Shown piece by piece: positions 29,336 to 39,878 of a stretch of DNA of 64,000 nt. A model generated the notes under the pieces. That model made no database searches. It saw only the letters and a list, made by a program, of their open reading frames with translations, and was not told the origin of the DNA. How positions within the stretch are numbered: position 1 is the stretch's first letter; the number at the start of each line of letters is the position of its first letter. The translations under genes and the position numbers were made by a program. Origin of the DNA: Candidatus Thorarchaeota archaeon SMTZ1-45 (GTDB taxonomy: Archaea > Asgardarchaeota > Thorarchaeia > Thorarchaeales > Thorarchaeaceae); assembly GCA_001563335.1 (NCBI GenBank), contig LRSL01000069.1, forward strand, positions 32,001-96,000. Reading direction: 5' to 3'.

Positions 29336-30312
29336 AAAATATCTTGATCGTCGGTGCGCCATTTCGGTAACACATGAGAGTCCTCGATTTTGATTTGATG
29401 ACCTGAGTTATACTGAAGAATTCCATTCCAAGCAATCATTGCACCTTGATCACCAGCTAAAGATGGAGACACTCGATGAAATGCAGCCTCATGTCTTTTT
29501 GCTACACCTGACAATATTTCAGTAAGGCGATTGTTACGTGCAACTCCGCCGGTAAGGAGCAGCTCATTCTTCTTGGTGTGTGCTATTGCGCGTTCTGCCA
29601 CTTCTGCAAGCATTCCAAAGGAGGTTTCTTGTACGCTAAAACAAATATCTGCAGTAGGAACACCTTCTGAATGAAGTCTTTTTGCAGCAGTGAGCATACC
29701 AGAATAACTTAGGTCCATCCCTTTCACTGAGTAGGGAAGATTGTGATAGTTCTCACCATTCTTGGCATGTTTTTCAATCAAAGGACCACCAGGAAAATCC
29801 ATTCCTAACTCACGACCAAGAACATCTAACATATTCCCAATTGCAATATCTAGAGTTTCACCAAAAGTTCTGAATCGACCACCCGCAAAAGCAATGATTT
29901 GTGTGTTCCCGCCAGACACGTAAACTGTTACAGGATCACTGAATTTGGATTCTAGACAACCAATCTCAATATGAGCAACACAGTGATTGACATCGACCAG
30001 TGGGACCTCTAGCTTGAGCGATAGAGTTCTGGCAATTGTTGCGGTCGTTCTTAGACATGGGCCCAATCCTGGACCTCGAGAGAAAGCAATAAGACTTACT
30101 TTTCCAAAGTCGATACCAGCTTTCTGAACAGCCTCTTTGATTATTTTTGGACCAAGTTCTGAGTGATGCCGACTTGCCTCACGCGGATGGATTCCACCTT
30201 GTGTTGGTTTAAGCATATCCCATTCGTTTGATAGAACCTTGCCTTCACTTGTCACGACCCCAGCACCAAATGAGTGCGCAGTTCCTTCGATTCCTAGACA
30301 GTATAGTGTCAT
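29317..30312 (-). CDS. kae1: KEOPS t6A synthase Kae1
   Basis: LGIEGTAH, GGIHPREA..HH, NHCVAHIE, VSGGNT, GETLDIA.GN. Confidence 0.96.
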   Translation of the reverse strand: MTLYCLGIEGTAHSFGAGVVTSEGKVLSNEWDMLKPTQGGIHPREASRHHSELGPKIIKEAVQKAGIDFGKVSLIAFSRGPGLGPCLRTTATIARTLSLKLEVPLVDVNHCVAHIEIGCLESKFSDPVTVYVSGGNTQIIAFAGGRFRTFGETLDIAIGNMLDVLGRELGMDFPGGPLIEKHAKNGENYHNLPYSVKGMDLSYSGMLTAAKRLHSEGVPTADICFSVQETSFGMLAEVAERAIAHTKKNELLLTGGVARNNRLTEILSGVAKRHEAAFHRVSPSLAGDQGAMIAWNGILQYNSGHQIKIEDSHVLPKWRTDDQDILWRFPS

Positions 30313-30457
30313 TTTGTAATAACCTAAGATGTTGTTTTCTTAGAAAAAAGTGTATCCTTACAAGTTGACTCTTACGCTTGGGATATATCAAAGTTTGTTG
30401 TCATCTAGCAAAGGCTTTATAATATACTCATAAGGGCTCTCTAGAGAGGTGTCCTAA

Positions 30458-30685
30458 GTGCCTGAAAAAATGCCAATAAAAGCCTTAGAACAACAACTCA
30501 ATGACATTGTTTCAATAAAATTGAAGGATCAGAGAATTTTTCGAGGGCGCCTAACAAGATGCGACATGTATATGAATCTCACACTTGTAGATGCTGAGGA
30601 ACTTGAGGAGGAAAACACCAAAGCCAAGTATGGTCAAGTTCTGATAAGAGGGAACAATATTCTATGGATTCAGATTCCTGAATAA
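30458..30685 (+). CDS. Sm-like (Lsm) protein
   Basis: G.L...D.YMNL.L.DAEE...IRGNNI. Confidence 0.92.
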   Translation: MPEKMPIKALEQQLNDIVSIKLKDQRIFRGRLTRCDMYMNLTLVDAEELEEENTKAKYGQVLIRGNNILWIQIPE

Positions 30686-30728
30686 TTAGGTTCTAGAGTT
30701 TTCTGAGAGTATTCATCGCTGATAGATT

Positions 30729-32762
30729 CTATCGCTCAATCTCACGGCGATATCGCTCTACTAACTCTACTAGCTCTTCCTCTCCCTTCCGTCTGGCTTG
30801 TTCACGTACATTTTGTATGAATGCCTGTAGCTGTTGGTTGAACTTGCCACGACTAATGAATGCAAATTCATCTACTCGTTGAAGCTCAACCTCTTTGGCA
30901 CTGATAACTGGAATGAGTGCCTTAATCAGTTCATCTTGCGGAAGATGAGAGAGTGGTGTGTCCACAACTACAGCTTTTATTTCTCGGTCAATTAATATTC
31001 CCGCCGTTTGTGGACCTCCTCCTGACGCATCTTCGAAAAGAACAACATCACCACTTTTCAAACCAACTTTTTTGATGAATTCCTCGATGCTTTCGCGAGT
31101 AAAATGAGGAATTACTTTGACTGCTAGCATGTCTCCACGCATTTCTAGACGTTTTACTCCTTTTAGACGTTCAAGTCGTTTACTCAGAGTGTCAACTTGT
31201 TTTTTCAGTGACGCTGTTTCTCGTTGTGTCTTTCTTAGTGTTGATTTGATCTTCTCCACTTCACGATCTCGTTTAATTTTCCAATGGTTCTCACGGTTTA
31301 CAATCTCGAGACTCTCTGCAAGTTCGCTCTCCCTAAACTTCAGATATTCCACAAATCGCTTCAAGTCATCAATCTTCTCTACGAGCAGTCTGTTTTCAGA
31401 CTCCAAGTGTTCGGTCTTTGATTTTATTGCTTCAAAACGTTCTTGCGTCAAAGGTTCATCTTCAACGAGTGGTTTTTCTGGAACACTTTCTATGGGTTCG
31501 GATTCCTCACTCTCTATCTTAGCGAGAGCTTCATTTATTGAAGACCCTTTTATCACCAATGCTTTGAGATAATTACGATCAACCGATAGTTGTTCATCAT
31601 GAATCATTTTGTCAATTTGTTGAAATTTCGGAAGAAGACTATTGAATGCGAAAACCGCTGCTGTCAATGCATCTCGTTCGTGAGCATTACGAATTTTTAT
31701 GTCAGTGCCATATTCCCGAGCAAGTTCTTGTTTGTCTGCGACTGCAATAGGCTTCTTTGGAGTAAAGATAGTCGCATTCACTGTACGAGCTATCTTCTCA
31801 ACAAAATGGGGAGCTTGTGGTACATCTGAAGCCACCATTGCAGGGATACCATCTTCGTATACCTCTCTGATTAAATCTGCTCTTGTGAGTCCCTTCTTAC
31901 TTCTTAGAGCACGTACTTTCCCATCAAATGATAGAAGACAATAAGCTGCAGTTGTTCCCGGGTCTATACCTAGAATGAAGTATTTTGGTTTCAAATCCAT
32001 TACAGCAGGACGAGGTTCAAGGGAGAGAAATTCTACTCTTTTCCGAACAGGGGATATAATTACTTTGAAGTCTCCACCACGCTTTGTTTCAACAAGGCTA
32101 TGGATAGCTGGCAGAGGTGCGTATGTGACTAACCTTGCACTTGCATAGCCAAAATCAGATGCACGAATATCAAGATCATACTCGATTTCAGCGGCCTTCA
32201 ACTGCGACTCAATGAAACGGGTCATCTGTTGTATCTGTGAGTGGACTCTGCGGCGATATCTGTTGGCACTCTGTCCTCCACGTCCGGGTTTTCGTCCTCG
32301 AGTCACCTTGATTTCTGTCTGTTCGCCAAAACATTCTAGTGAGTGACCAACACCTTTAGAGGCTAGTTGCGCTGCAATGCGTGCAGATTCAAGAGGACTA
32401 AGCTTACCTCGAGATATAAGACCATGGCGTTTTGCTAATATTTTGAGAGGTGTTTGGTGAGGTGGAACTCCAGTCACTTGGACTATTTTAGTATCTGTAG
32501 GGATTCTATCGACAAGATGAAAGAGTGATTTTGTGTCTGGAACTATCTCAAAGATGTTGTCAGTACAAAGCCATTTAGGAACAACTTCACGAACCAGTTT
32601 TAGTAACGCGCCTCTGGATATTTCGGGATATTCATTTAAGACAACCTCGTTTCTAGTGATCACACAAGCAAATTTTGGAGCTTTTTTAGATGATGCACTA
32701 TGTGAGGGTAGAATGTCAAAGCCAATAATGAATACTCCATCTTCGCCCATTGGGCTCAGCAC
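30729..32762 (-). CDS. DUF460 family (RNase H-like plus coiled coil) protein
   Basis: G.GG.S.NRY.R, LGIDPGTT, HERDAL.AA, long coiled coil. Confidence 0.85.
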   Translation of the reverse strand: MLSPMGEDGVFIIGFDILPSHSASSKKAPKFACVITRNEVVLNEYPEISRGALLKLVREVVPKWLCTDNIFEIVPDTKSLFHLVDRIPTDTKIVQVTGVPPHQTPLKILAKRHGLISRGKLSPLESARIAAQLASKGVGHSLECFGEQTEIKVTRGRKPGRGGQSANRYRRRVHSQIQQMTRFIESQLKAAEIEYDLDIRASDFGYASARLVTYAPLPAIHSLVETKRGGDFKVIISPVRKRVEFLSLEPRPAVMDLKPKYFILGIDPGTTAAYCLLSFDGKVRALRSKKGLTRADLIREVYEDGIPAMVASDVPQAPHFVEKIARTVNATIFTPKKPIAVADKQELAREYGTDIKIRNAHERDALTAAVFAFNSLLPKFQQIDKMIHDEQLSVDRNYLKALVIKGSSINEALAKIESEESEPIESVPEKPLVEDEPLTQERFEAIKSKTEHLESENRLLVEKIDDLKRFVEYLKFRESELAESLEIVNRENHWKIKRDREVEKIKSTLRKTQRETASLKKQVDTLSKRLERLKGVKRLEMRGDMLAVKVIPHFTRESIEEFIKKVGLKSGDVVLFEDASGGGPQTAGILIDREIKAVVVDTPLSHLPQDELIKALIPVISAKEVELQRVDEFAFISRGKFNQQLQAFIQNVREQARRKGEEELVELVERYRREIER

Positions 32763-32895
32763 TCATTCTTATGAGATAGGGAGAGCTATTGAACCTATTT
32801 GTTGGTTCAATATCATACAATTAACTATTCTAACCATCCTCAAACAACAACTATAATAAAGCCATGCTTGAGCAATCAGGCAATACTCATTCGAG

Positions 32896-33186
32896 GTGTA
32901 TCAACTGTCCGAAACACTTGAAATCAATAACGACGACGCAATTTTGCGAATTGGACGCGCTCTTTCATCAGGAACTCGGTTAAAGATACTGAAGATCTTA
33001 CTTCAGGGAGAAAAAGACGTTACACGAGTGGCTAGACACCTCGGTGGAACCGAAGCCAATGCCAGCGCCCAGATTAAGATTCTAAAGGATGCTGAATTAC
33101 TGGATTGTAGATACGAACCAGGTCAGCATGGTCTCAAGAAAATCTCATGGACCAAAATCAAACGCATCATCATAGACCTAGAGTAA
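32896..33186 (+). CDS. ArsR-family HTH regulator
   Basis: ALSS.TRLKIL..L...V..VA..L....ANASAQIK.L....PG.HG..K. Confidence 0.8.
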   Translation: MYQLSETLEINNDDAILRIGRALSSGTRLKILKILLQGEKDVTRVARHLGGTEANASAQIKILKDAELLDCRYEPGQHGLKKISWTKIKRIIIDLE

Positions 33187-33237
33187 TTCTATTGGTCAAT
33201 TACAATAATTGACTGGTAAGTCTGTTGGAAAGCCAAA

Positions 33238-33801
33238 TCAAACAGCTAAGTGAGCTTTCCAACGACGTATTCTTTTCAGAATATTGTCACGTTCATCAGC
33301 ACGTATTGATCTCGAACCACGTGCTTTTAGGAAATTGAGAACTATATCCATGTCTCTAGCAACTTTCCCTTTTTGCACTTCGTCGTCATCATCAATCAGG
33401 TATTCTCTTGCAGCCTGTAGATATTCATAGATTATCTCTGCAGGAGCCTCTCCAGTGCGTAACTCGTGAGCAATTGGATCAAGAACCCTATTCACTTTTG
33501 CACTATTCCCAGTGTCTGAGTCTTCATCGATCGTCATATCAATTGGTGCATCATTTTCTATTGTGGAAATAGTGATTTCATTGTCTTTAGAGGAGGGGGA
33601 TGATTCCGATTCAACTGAATCTGAGCTGGGAATTTTAACTTCAGAGAAGAGAGGAAGAATTGATGGGGAAGTTTCTGATGCCGTATCGGAAACAAGGTTC
33701 AGACGACTACGTAGTTCATGTAGTTGGTCGAAAAGCTCCACAAGGCCTGATTGCATTGAATCGATAAGCTGTTTAATCTCGTATAGGTCTTCATCAGTCA
33801 A
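33238..33801 (-). CDS. Hypothetical protein: coiled coil, S/E-rich linker, helical bundle
   Basis: 187-aa ORF with clear three-part composition. Confidence 0.65.
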   Translation of the reverse strand: MTDEDLYEIKQLIDSMQSGLVELFDQLHELRSRLNLVSDTASETSPSILPLFSEVKIPSSDSVESESSPSSKDNEITISTIENDAPIDMTIDEDSDTGNSAKVNRVLDPIAHELRTGEAPAEIIYEYLQAAREYLIDDDDEVQKGKVARDMDIVLNFLKARGSRSIRADERDNILKRIRRWKAHLAV

Positions 33802-33884
33802 CTATTGGAGCCCCCTAATTCAGTTCTTATCATATCCAATTGGAACATCATTCTTTCGTCTTATCAGGATTGCTAGGAGATACA

Positions 33885-35399
33885 TCATCTGTCAGATTTT
33901 CTCATTGCATCAGAAAGACTCTTGAGTACACCTGTTGGCTCAAATTTTCTTCCTCGTATCTTTACGAATGTAGGAACTGATACTGTTTCACCGACAAAGA
34001 GCGCTTCTCCGATTTCAAGGGTGGTGATTGCATCGAGTGATGGCCTGTCAATCCCCTCACTTGATTTCCCAATATGATCCAAATCGTAAGGGTTTGTACA
34101 TCTAAAGATAGCTTGATTGCTGCACTGGCTTAGAACTGTTGTGGAGAGTTTTACTGGTCTCTGTGATATCAGACAAAGTAGGGCATAGAATTTTCGTCCC
34201 TCGCGAGCAATTGTTTCAATGCGACTCTTTGGGAGAGCAAGCTCATGTCTGCTCTCGGGACAAAATTGGTGGGCTTCTTCAAGAACTAGTAAGAATGGAG
34301 GAATCATCTCGCGTCTTCTAAAATGCAGAAGTTCGTTCGTCAAGTGAGAAACAATGATTTGTTTCTTCTTGAGACTGATGAAATCGCTCAAATCAATCAA
34401 AGCAATTTTCCCAGGTCTTACAATAGTCTTGATATTTGGGACTGCTTCCTTCCCAAAGAGACCTGTTTCATCAAGATTAATCAACCAACTAGAGAGAGCT
34501 TCACGTGTGTTCTTGCTTATTTTTTCATCATTTTGTACATATTCGACAACATCAGCTAAGGTGTATCCTTCGTTTAATGTGTTCTTCAGTTCAGATATAG
34601 CTCGACGTAGGTCTCGAATTTGAATTGAACTCATATCTGAAACAAGTGCTCCTATTGCCTCTGCTGAGAGCATTTGAACAGGGATTTGAAAGTGTGATCC
34701 TCGAATGTGCTCTACTTCAAATTGACCTTTGGATAATCCGAGAGCTTCAGGAGTTATGTCTTTCAGATAAGAGTACTCTCCATGTACATCAATGACAACA
34801 ACAGAGAGGCGGCCTTTTTCCTTTGGTCGAGATAGTAACTCCTCTAAAAGGACAGATACAAAGTATGATTTTCCTGCACCACTCATAGCTAGAATTGCTA
34901 GATGTTTGGATAACAACCGATCAAGTGATGGGGCAAACTCAAGATTCTGGTATGATAATTGGCCAAGATGAAGACCCTTTTCTAAGTCAAGTTTCAGAAA
35001 AGAAGCAAGAATATTTTCATCGACTTTTCGAACAACAGCTCCCGGAGAAACTGCAAAATATGGTCGGATTGTGTGACCTTCGCTCCATAGTCCCAGAACA
35101 CGAGCCATGGCAACAGTGTATTGCCATCTGTCTGTAGGAAATATTGAACGTAATGGTTCGCCTCTTGATTGATATTCTCGTACTGCTTCTGCATGTTGAT
35201 AGTAACGGTTTGTACGTACAAGGTTTTGGACTCGCGCTATTACAGTCCCTACATCGGTAACAACTGATACGAATTCACCACGTCGTGCAATAATCTCCCG
35301 AGGACCACCCTCAAGTACAAATGAAAATTCTATAACATTAGGCCCTGAGTCAGTAGAAACAACAGTACCAAGTCTTGTATTTGCTGAGAATTCGGTCAT
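33885..35399 (-). CDS. herA: HerA-family helicase/translocase
   Basis: HAS barrel; HLAILAMSGAGKS, D.HGEY, EEAH.F.P, AREGRK, SQRP. Confidence 0.93.
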   Translation of the reverse strand: MTEFSANTRLGTVVSTDSGPNVIEFSFVLEGGPREIIARRGEFVSVVTDVGTVIARVQNLVRTNRYYQHAEAVREYQSRGEPLRSIFPTDRWQYTVAMARVLGLWSEGHTIRPYFAVSPGAVVRKVDENILASFLKLDLEKGLHLGQLSYQNLEFAPSLDRLLSKHLAILAMSGAGKSYFVSVLLEELLSRPKEKGRLSVVVIDVHGEYSYLKDITPEALGLSKGQFEVEHIRGSHFQIPVQMLSAEAIGALVSDMSSIQIRDLRRAISELKNTLNEGYTLADVVEYVQNDEKISKNTREALSSWLINLDETGLFGKEAVPNIKTIVRPGKIALIDLSDFISLKKKQIIVSHLTNELLHFRRREMIPPFLLVLEEAHQFCPESRHELALPKSRIETIAREGRKFYALLCLISQRPVKLSTTVLSQCSNQAIFRCTNPYDLDHIGKSSEGIDRPSLDAITTLEIGEALFVGETVSVPTFVKIRGRKFEPTGVLKSLSDAMRKSDR

Positions 35400-35402
35400 T
35401 AT

Positions 35403-36566
35403 TCAACCTCCAAACGGATTTCGTGAACGTCTTTTTTCAAGCGTCATATAAGTTAGTCCAGAAAGTGCCATCAGTCTGTCAATGATTAATCTTGTTTCAT
35501 TTGCAGTTATTTTTGCACGGGCATCAGCCTCAAGAATTGGTGTGGGAATGCCATATTCGGGATGTTGAGAAGAGAGTGGGAGTATTGCTGATAGTGCTTT
35601 ATCCAGTCTATCAGTAACTGTTTCATCATCCTCTGCTGAGAAAAATTCTACTCGTAATGGTAGATCATCCCTCGCTGTTTTTAGATAAGTAACCCAGATA
35701 GATGATGCCCAAGTAGAGGAATGATCACTAGTCGAATTTGGATTATGAAACAGTTCTGATGAATATCGGAATGCAAAAGATCGCTCTCCTTCCTCAAGAA
35801 AAGTGTCAAGTAAGTCACAATCACGAGATATCTTGAGTAACCATCTATAGTCAATACCTTGCATCATTTCAAAGATTGCAGGTTTGCGAACAATATGTGG
35901 AAGTATTTCACCCATTATTGTAGCTACTCGGGTTGATTTGCTATCTTTCACGATGCCCACTAATGTTGTTCCCTTTTTCCTAGCCTTGTTGTAGAGTTGT
36001 TTGTACAGAGATAAGATTTCTTGGAACTTTTCATAGACCATGGAGCCAGTTTGGGGACGGTCTCGAGGATGATAATATAAGGATCCATCAAGGAGAACTA
36101 AATCTGTATGGTATTCGTCAAGAACTGACAAGGCTACTCTTAGTTCAGCGGCAATACGTTCAAGTGAAGCAAGCTGGTCTAGCTCTACACTGGATAATGT
36201 GAGTAGTAACGGACTGACTTTTGGTTCAGGAAAAGCATCAGGATAGAAATCAACAGCCGGGCCTTCTTCCGCACCAAATTGGAATATTACTGCAATTCCT
36301 CTAGTCAAGACTAAATCCATAGATCTGAAATGTTTCCTGACTAGACCACCATCTATGCCTGCAATTCGGAGACCTGAGAGACTAGTAGGCTCTATCTTAG
36401 TATAGAGCTGTTTATCGATAATATTCGATGCAATTGCTGGGAATCTGCTCAAATCAATTTGGTTTCTAATAGTTCTAAGAACCTTTCCAAATCCTTCTTT
36501 TGTTACCTCGATTTGCTCAATTTCCTCAACTAATTTTGATAGTAACTTATCGAGGTTTCTTTCCAC
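35403..36566 (-). CDS. nurA: NurA nuclease
   Basis: AGIDGG, LLDGSL, GIVKDS, YGIP.PI.EAD..AKI. Confidence 0.88.
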   Translation of the reverse strand: MERNLDKLLSKLVEEIEQIEVTKEGFGKVLRTIRNQIDLSRFPAIASNIIDKQLYTKIEPTSLSGLRIAGIDGGLVRKHFRSMDLVLTRGIAVIFQFGAEEGPAVDFYPDAFPEPKVSPLLLTLSSVELDQLASLERIAAELRVALSVLDEYHTDLVLLDGSLYYHPRDRPQTGSMVYEKFQEILSLYKQLYNKARKKGTTLVGIVKDSKSTRVATIMGEILPHIVRKPAIFEMMQGIDYRWLLKISRDCDLLDTFLEEGERSFAFRYSSELFHNPNSTSDHSSTWASSIWVTYLKTARDDLPLRVEFFSAEDDETVTDRLDKALSAILPLSSQHPEYGIPTPILEADARAKITANETRLIIDRLMALSGLTYMTLEKRRSRNPFGG

Positions 36567-38236
36567 TATTTCTTCACTCTCGCCTTTTTGTATTCAAGTG
36601 CAGCCCTTATTAGACCCAAGTAGAGTGGATGAGGATTGTCAGGTCGGGACTTGAACTCTGGATGATATTGAACACCAATCCAAAATGGATGATTAGTGAG
36701 CTCAATCGCATTGATTATTTTTCCAGTCGAATCAAAAGCTGAAACCTTGAGTCCTTTTTCATGCATCTTGTTCAAGTAACGATCAATCAAATGATATCTA
36801 TGTCTGAATCTTTCGTGTGTCTTGTCAGTCCCGTAGATTCTATGCAATTTTGTATCTTCTGCAATATGAACATCATGTCCACCAAGACGCATAGTTCCAC
36901 CCTTGTCCTCTGTAAGCTTCTGATCATCCATTAAATCAACAACAGGATATAGACTATCAATGTCTACTTCTGTAGTATGGGCTCCTTTCCAACCCATGAC
37001 GTTTCTCGCAAAGGCGACAATTGAGAGTTGTGCACCATAACAGATGCCTAAGAGTGGTATTTTGGATTTCAAAGTCACTGTAGCGGCGCAGATCATTCCT
37101 TCAACACCACGTTCCCCAAAACCAGGTGTAAGAAGAACTCCATCCACATCAGATAAGTCGCTAGTGAGACACTCTTCAGTACTTCGCTCTTCTGTTTCAA
37201 TCCATTTTATTGTAACTTTTGTACTACAAACAGCTGCAGCATGTGCTAATGCTTGATTGATACTTTTGTAAGAGTCACCAAGTGTAGTATATTTACCAGG
37301 CATGGCAATTGTTATTGTATCTGATGCTTCATCAAAAGACCGTACCATTTTTGACCAAGAGTCCGTATCAGGTCTTCTTGGTTCCAAACCAAAGTGTTCA
37401 ACAAGAATATTTCCGAGACCTTCTTCCTCGAATGACAACGGAAGTTGATAAATCACAGGAATATCTGGATTCGAGATGACCCTTTCTTTAGGGATATTAC
37501 AGAATAAAGCAATCTTCTCCTTTGCGGCGGCGGGGAGTCTTTTCTCTGCCCTGCAGATAGTGATATCAGGTTGGAGACCTAGGCTTTGGAGTGTTCTAAC
37601 GCTGTGTTGTGTTGGTTTGGTCTTGAACTCTCCTACAGATTTTATATAGGGTACAAGGGTGACATGAACAACAGCAGTACGATTTCGACCTAGTTCGCGT
37701 ACAAGTTGTCTTACGGCCTCAAGGAATGGCATAGCCTCAATGTCACCAACAGTACCACCTATCTCTACTAAGAGAATATCTGGAATTGAATCCTTTTTCA
37801 CAACATCCCAGATTCTTTGTTTGATTCTGTCTGTTATGTGTGGTATGATTTGAACTGTCCTTCCAAGGAATCCACCTTTACGCTCTTCAAGAATGACTGA
37901 AAGGTAGATTTGTCCTGACGTGATATTCTGAGATGGATGTACATTCATTCCAGTGAATCGCTCGTATGTCCCAAAATCCAGATCAATCTCAGATATATTG
38001 AATTCAGAGTCATTAACTGGACGGAATGTCCAAGTCTGGTCTGTTACAAAGACTTCCCCATGTTCAATAGGGTTCAAAGTGCCAGGGTCAATATTCAGAT
38101 ACGGATCAATCTTGATTATTCTGATGTTGTATCCTCGAAATTGAAATAATTTTGCAATTGAAGCAGTAGTAACTCCTTTTCCAATACCAGAGAGAACTCC
38201 GCCCGTTATGAACACAAAATTCGGTTTTTCTTGCAT
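36566..38236 (-). CDS. pyrG: CTP synthase
   Basis: TGGVLSGIGKG, KIDPY.N.DPGT, GGTVGDIE, KTKPTQHSV, GICYG.Q, HPEF. Confidence 0.97.
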   Translation of the reverse strand: MQEKPNFVFITGGVLSGIGKGVTTASIAKLFQFRGYNIRIIKIDPYLNIDPGTLNPIEHGEVFVTDQTWTFRPVNDSEFNISEIDLDFGTYERFTGMNVHPSQNITSGQIYLSVILEERKGGFLGRTVQIIPHITDRIKQRIWDVVKKDSIPDILLVEIGGTVGDIEAMPFLEAVRQLVRELGRNRTAVVHVTLVPYIKSVGEFKTKPTQHSVRTLQSLGLQPDITICRAEKRLPAAAKEKIALFCNIPKERVISNPDIPVIYQLPLSFEEEGLGNILVEHFGLEPRRPDTDSWSKMVRSFDEASDTITIAMPGKYTTLGDSYKSINQALAHAAAVCSTKVTIKWIETEERSTEECLTSDLSDVDGVLLTPGFGERGVEGMICAATVTLKSKIPLLGICYGAQLSIVAFARNVMGWKGAHTTEVDIDSLYPVVDLMDDQKLTEDKGGTMRLGGHDVHIAEDTKLHRIYGTDKTHERFRHRYHLIDRYLNKMHEKGLKVSAFDSTGKIINAIELTNHPFWIGVQYHPEFKSRPDNPHPLYLGLIRAALEYKKARVKK

Positions 38237-38364
38237 AGAATTCAACATCAGTAACCTCAAAAATAGTTTTGGGAAAATGGAAATTCTCCAAGTTTGGAGC
38301 TGCAATTGTATCCTATCTATAAACTATTTGGTCAATATTTTCTAAGACTTGGATTTCTTGTTTG

Positions 38365-38943
38365 TCATACAGGTTGAGCAAGGACACTTACACGCATAGC
38401 ACTTTGAAAGAGGTATTGAAAAGCTTCCATTATGTTGTGACCTTCTCTCGCCACACTCCTGAAGACAGGCACAGATGATGGAATCTTCAAATGCATTCTA
38501 AGATGTTCCTCATGGATTGCACTGGGAAGATCTTGTTTGTTAAGGCACACGATTAATGGAAGAGGGCGTTCTTCTTCTTCAATCATCGATATCAGCTCAT
38601 TCCAGCTTGTTAGATTCTCATTTAGAAGATGTTCTTGAGAGTCTGCGACAAAAATTACTCCATCAGCTCCGACTAGTACCACTTCTCGTGTGGACCTGTA
38701 AAAATCTTGACCTGTGGCAGACCAAATATGAGCATTTATTGTCCAACTATTACTTAGTGAGAAAGGAATAGTGCCAAAATCACAAAACATTGTCCTTCCA
38801 ACAGTATTTTCTATTGAAGTTAGCTTTTCTGCATAGTCTAGTGTTGAAAACAACCATCGAATAGAAGTTGTCTTTCCACTCATTGCAGGTCCAAAGAAGA
38901 CTATTTTGAGTCCCACGGTACGATTCCCATAGTCAATTATCAT
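38365..38943 (-). CDS. MglA-type small GTPase
   Basis: G1 GPAMSGKTT, switch I RTMFCDF, G3 SATGQ (no Asp), GADGVIFVADS, G4 NKQD. Confidence 0.9.
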   Translation of the reverse strand: MIIDYGNRTVGLKIVFFGPAMSGKTTSIRWLFSTLDYAEKLTSIENTVGRTMFCDFGTIPFSLSNSWTINAHIWSATGQDFYRSTREVVLVGADGVIFVADSQEHLLNENLTSWNELISMIEEEERPLPLIVCLNKQDLPSAIHEEHLRMHLKIPSSVPVFRSVAREGHNIMEAFQYLFQSAMRVSVLAQPV

Positions 38944-38957
38944 TTCTTAACCTCCAG

Positions 38958-39878
38958 TCATGTTCCCCACATGCTGTCTACCCATGCTCCAAGTCCAGAC
39001 AATGCTCCACTCTTTACACAATCAGAGAAATCTTCATGCCATTCGGCTCTGATAAATTGAATCAGATCGGGTAGTTCTCCTCCATCCCATCCAATAGCTT
39101 CGTACAGATTCCTCTCAGTCAGAGTTGTGGATGCGCCAAGTTCTCTTGCCAACCGTATTCGTGACAATAGAGTGACTGCTCTACGAGCTGCATGGACATA
39201 GTTGTTGATCTCTTCCTCGAAAACATCTTGTGTCAGTTTCTCAGACTCGTCATCCAGTTTGAGGACTGCTGTTAGGATGTGATTCGATACATTAAGACCA
39301 CGAAGTGATTTCGTAAGAAGACGTCTTATCCGCTCTAGTGATTGTTTCTTCCGAACCAAGATTTTGTTCACAATTTTCTTCTCAACTTCAAGGCTACTAT
39401 TCGTAGATCTAACAAGTGAGAAAGTTATGGATGAGGGCGAACTTACCCTTAAGATTCCGCAATTGCTCGAGTTTTTCAGAATATGAGAAGTTACATCTTG
39501 AAGTGTGTTCTCAGTCACTTGAATACCTAGTACTGTAAAACCTAATGGTACACCAAGAATCCAACCCGCAAAGTGTGAAATTCTATCCATAGCAAGTCGA
39601 AGATTGCCGGATAAACCGCATACAATGGTTCTGCTAACTTCATAGTTGTGTTTTTCTTCTTCCCATACTCCCAGAATCTCTGATTCCGATGTGAAATCAC
39701 GCCAAAATACTAGTTTATGTCGGTGGGAACATAAAGTGGTTAGACTCTCTGTGATGTCATCCACTAATTCGATATCCTCGCCTGCAACAATCACTGGCAT
39801 CCTTTCTAGTAATGTGTTCAACAAGAGCGGAAATTGGTCATCCATTAACTCGATTAATTTCATGATTGAATATGTCAT
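38958..39878 (-). CDS. Putative DENN-like domain protein
   Basis: 'LLNTLLERMPVIVAGEDIELVDDITESL..L' and 'WILGV' echo the core DENN alpha/beta pattern; helical C-terminus. Confidence 0.5.
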   Translation of the reverse strand: MTYSIMKLIELMDDQFPLLLNTLLERMPVIVAGEDIELVDDITESLTTLCSHRHKLVFWRDFTSESEILGVWEEEKHNYEVSRTIVCGLSGNLRLAMDRISHFAGWILGVPLGFTVLGIQVTENTLQDVTSHILKNSSNCGILRVSSPSSITFSLVRSTNSSLEVEKKIVNKILVRKKQSLERIRRLLTKSLRGLNVSNHILTAVLKLDDESEKLTQDVFEEEINNYVHAARRAVTLLSRIRLARELGASTTLTERNLYEAIGWDGGELPDLIQFIRAEWHEDFSDCVKSGALSGLGAWVDSMWGT

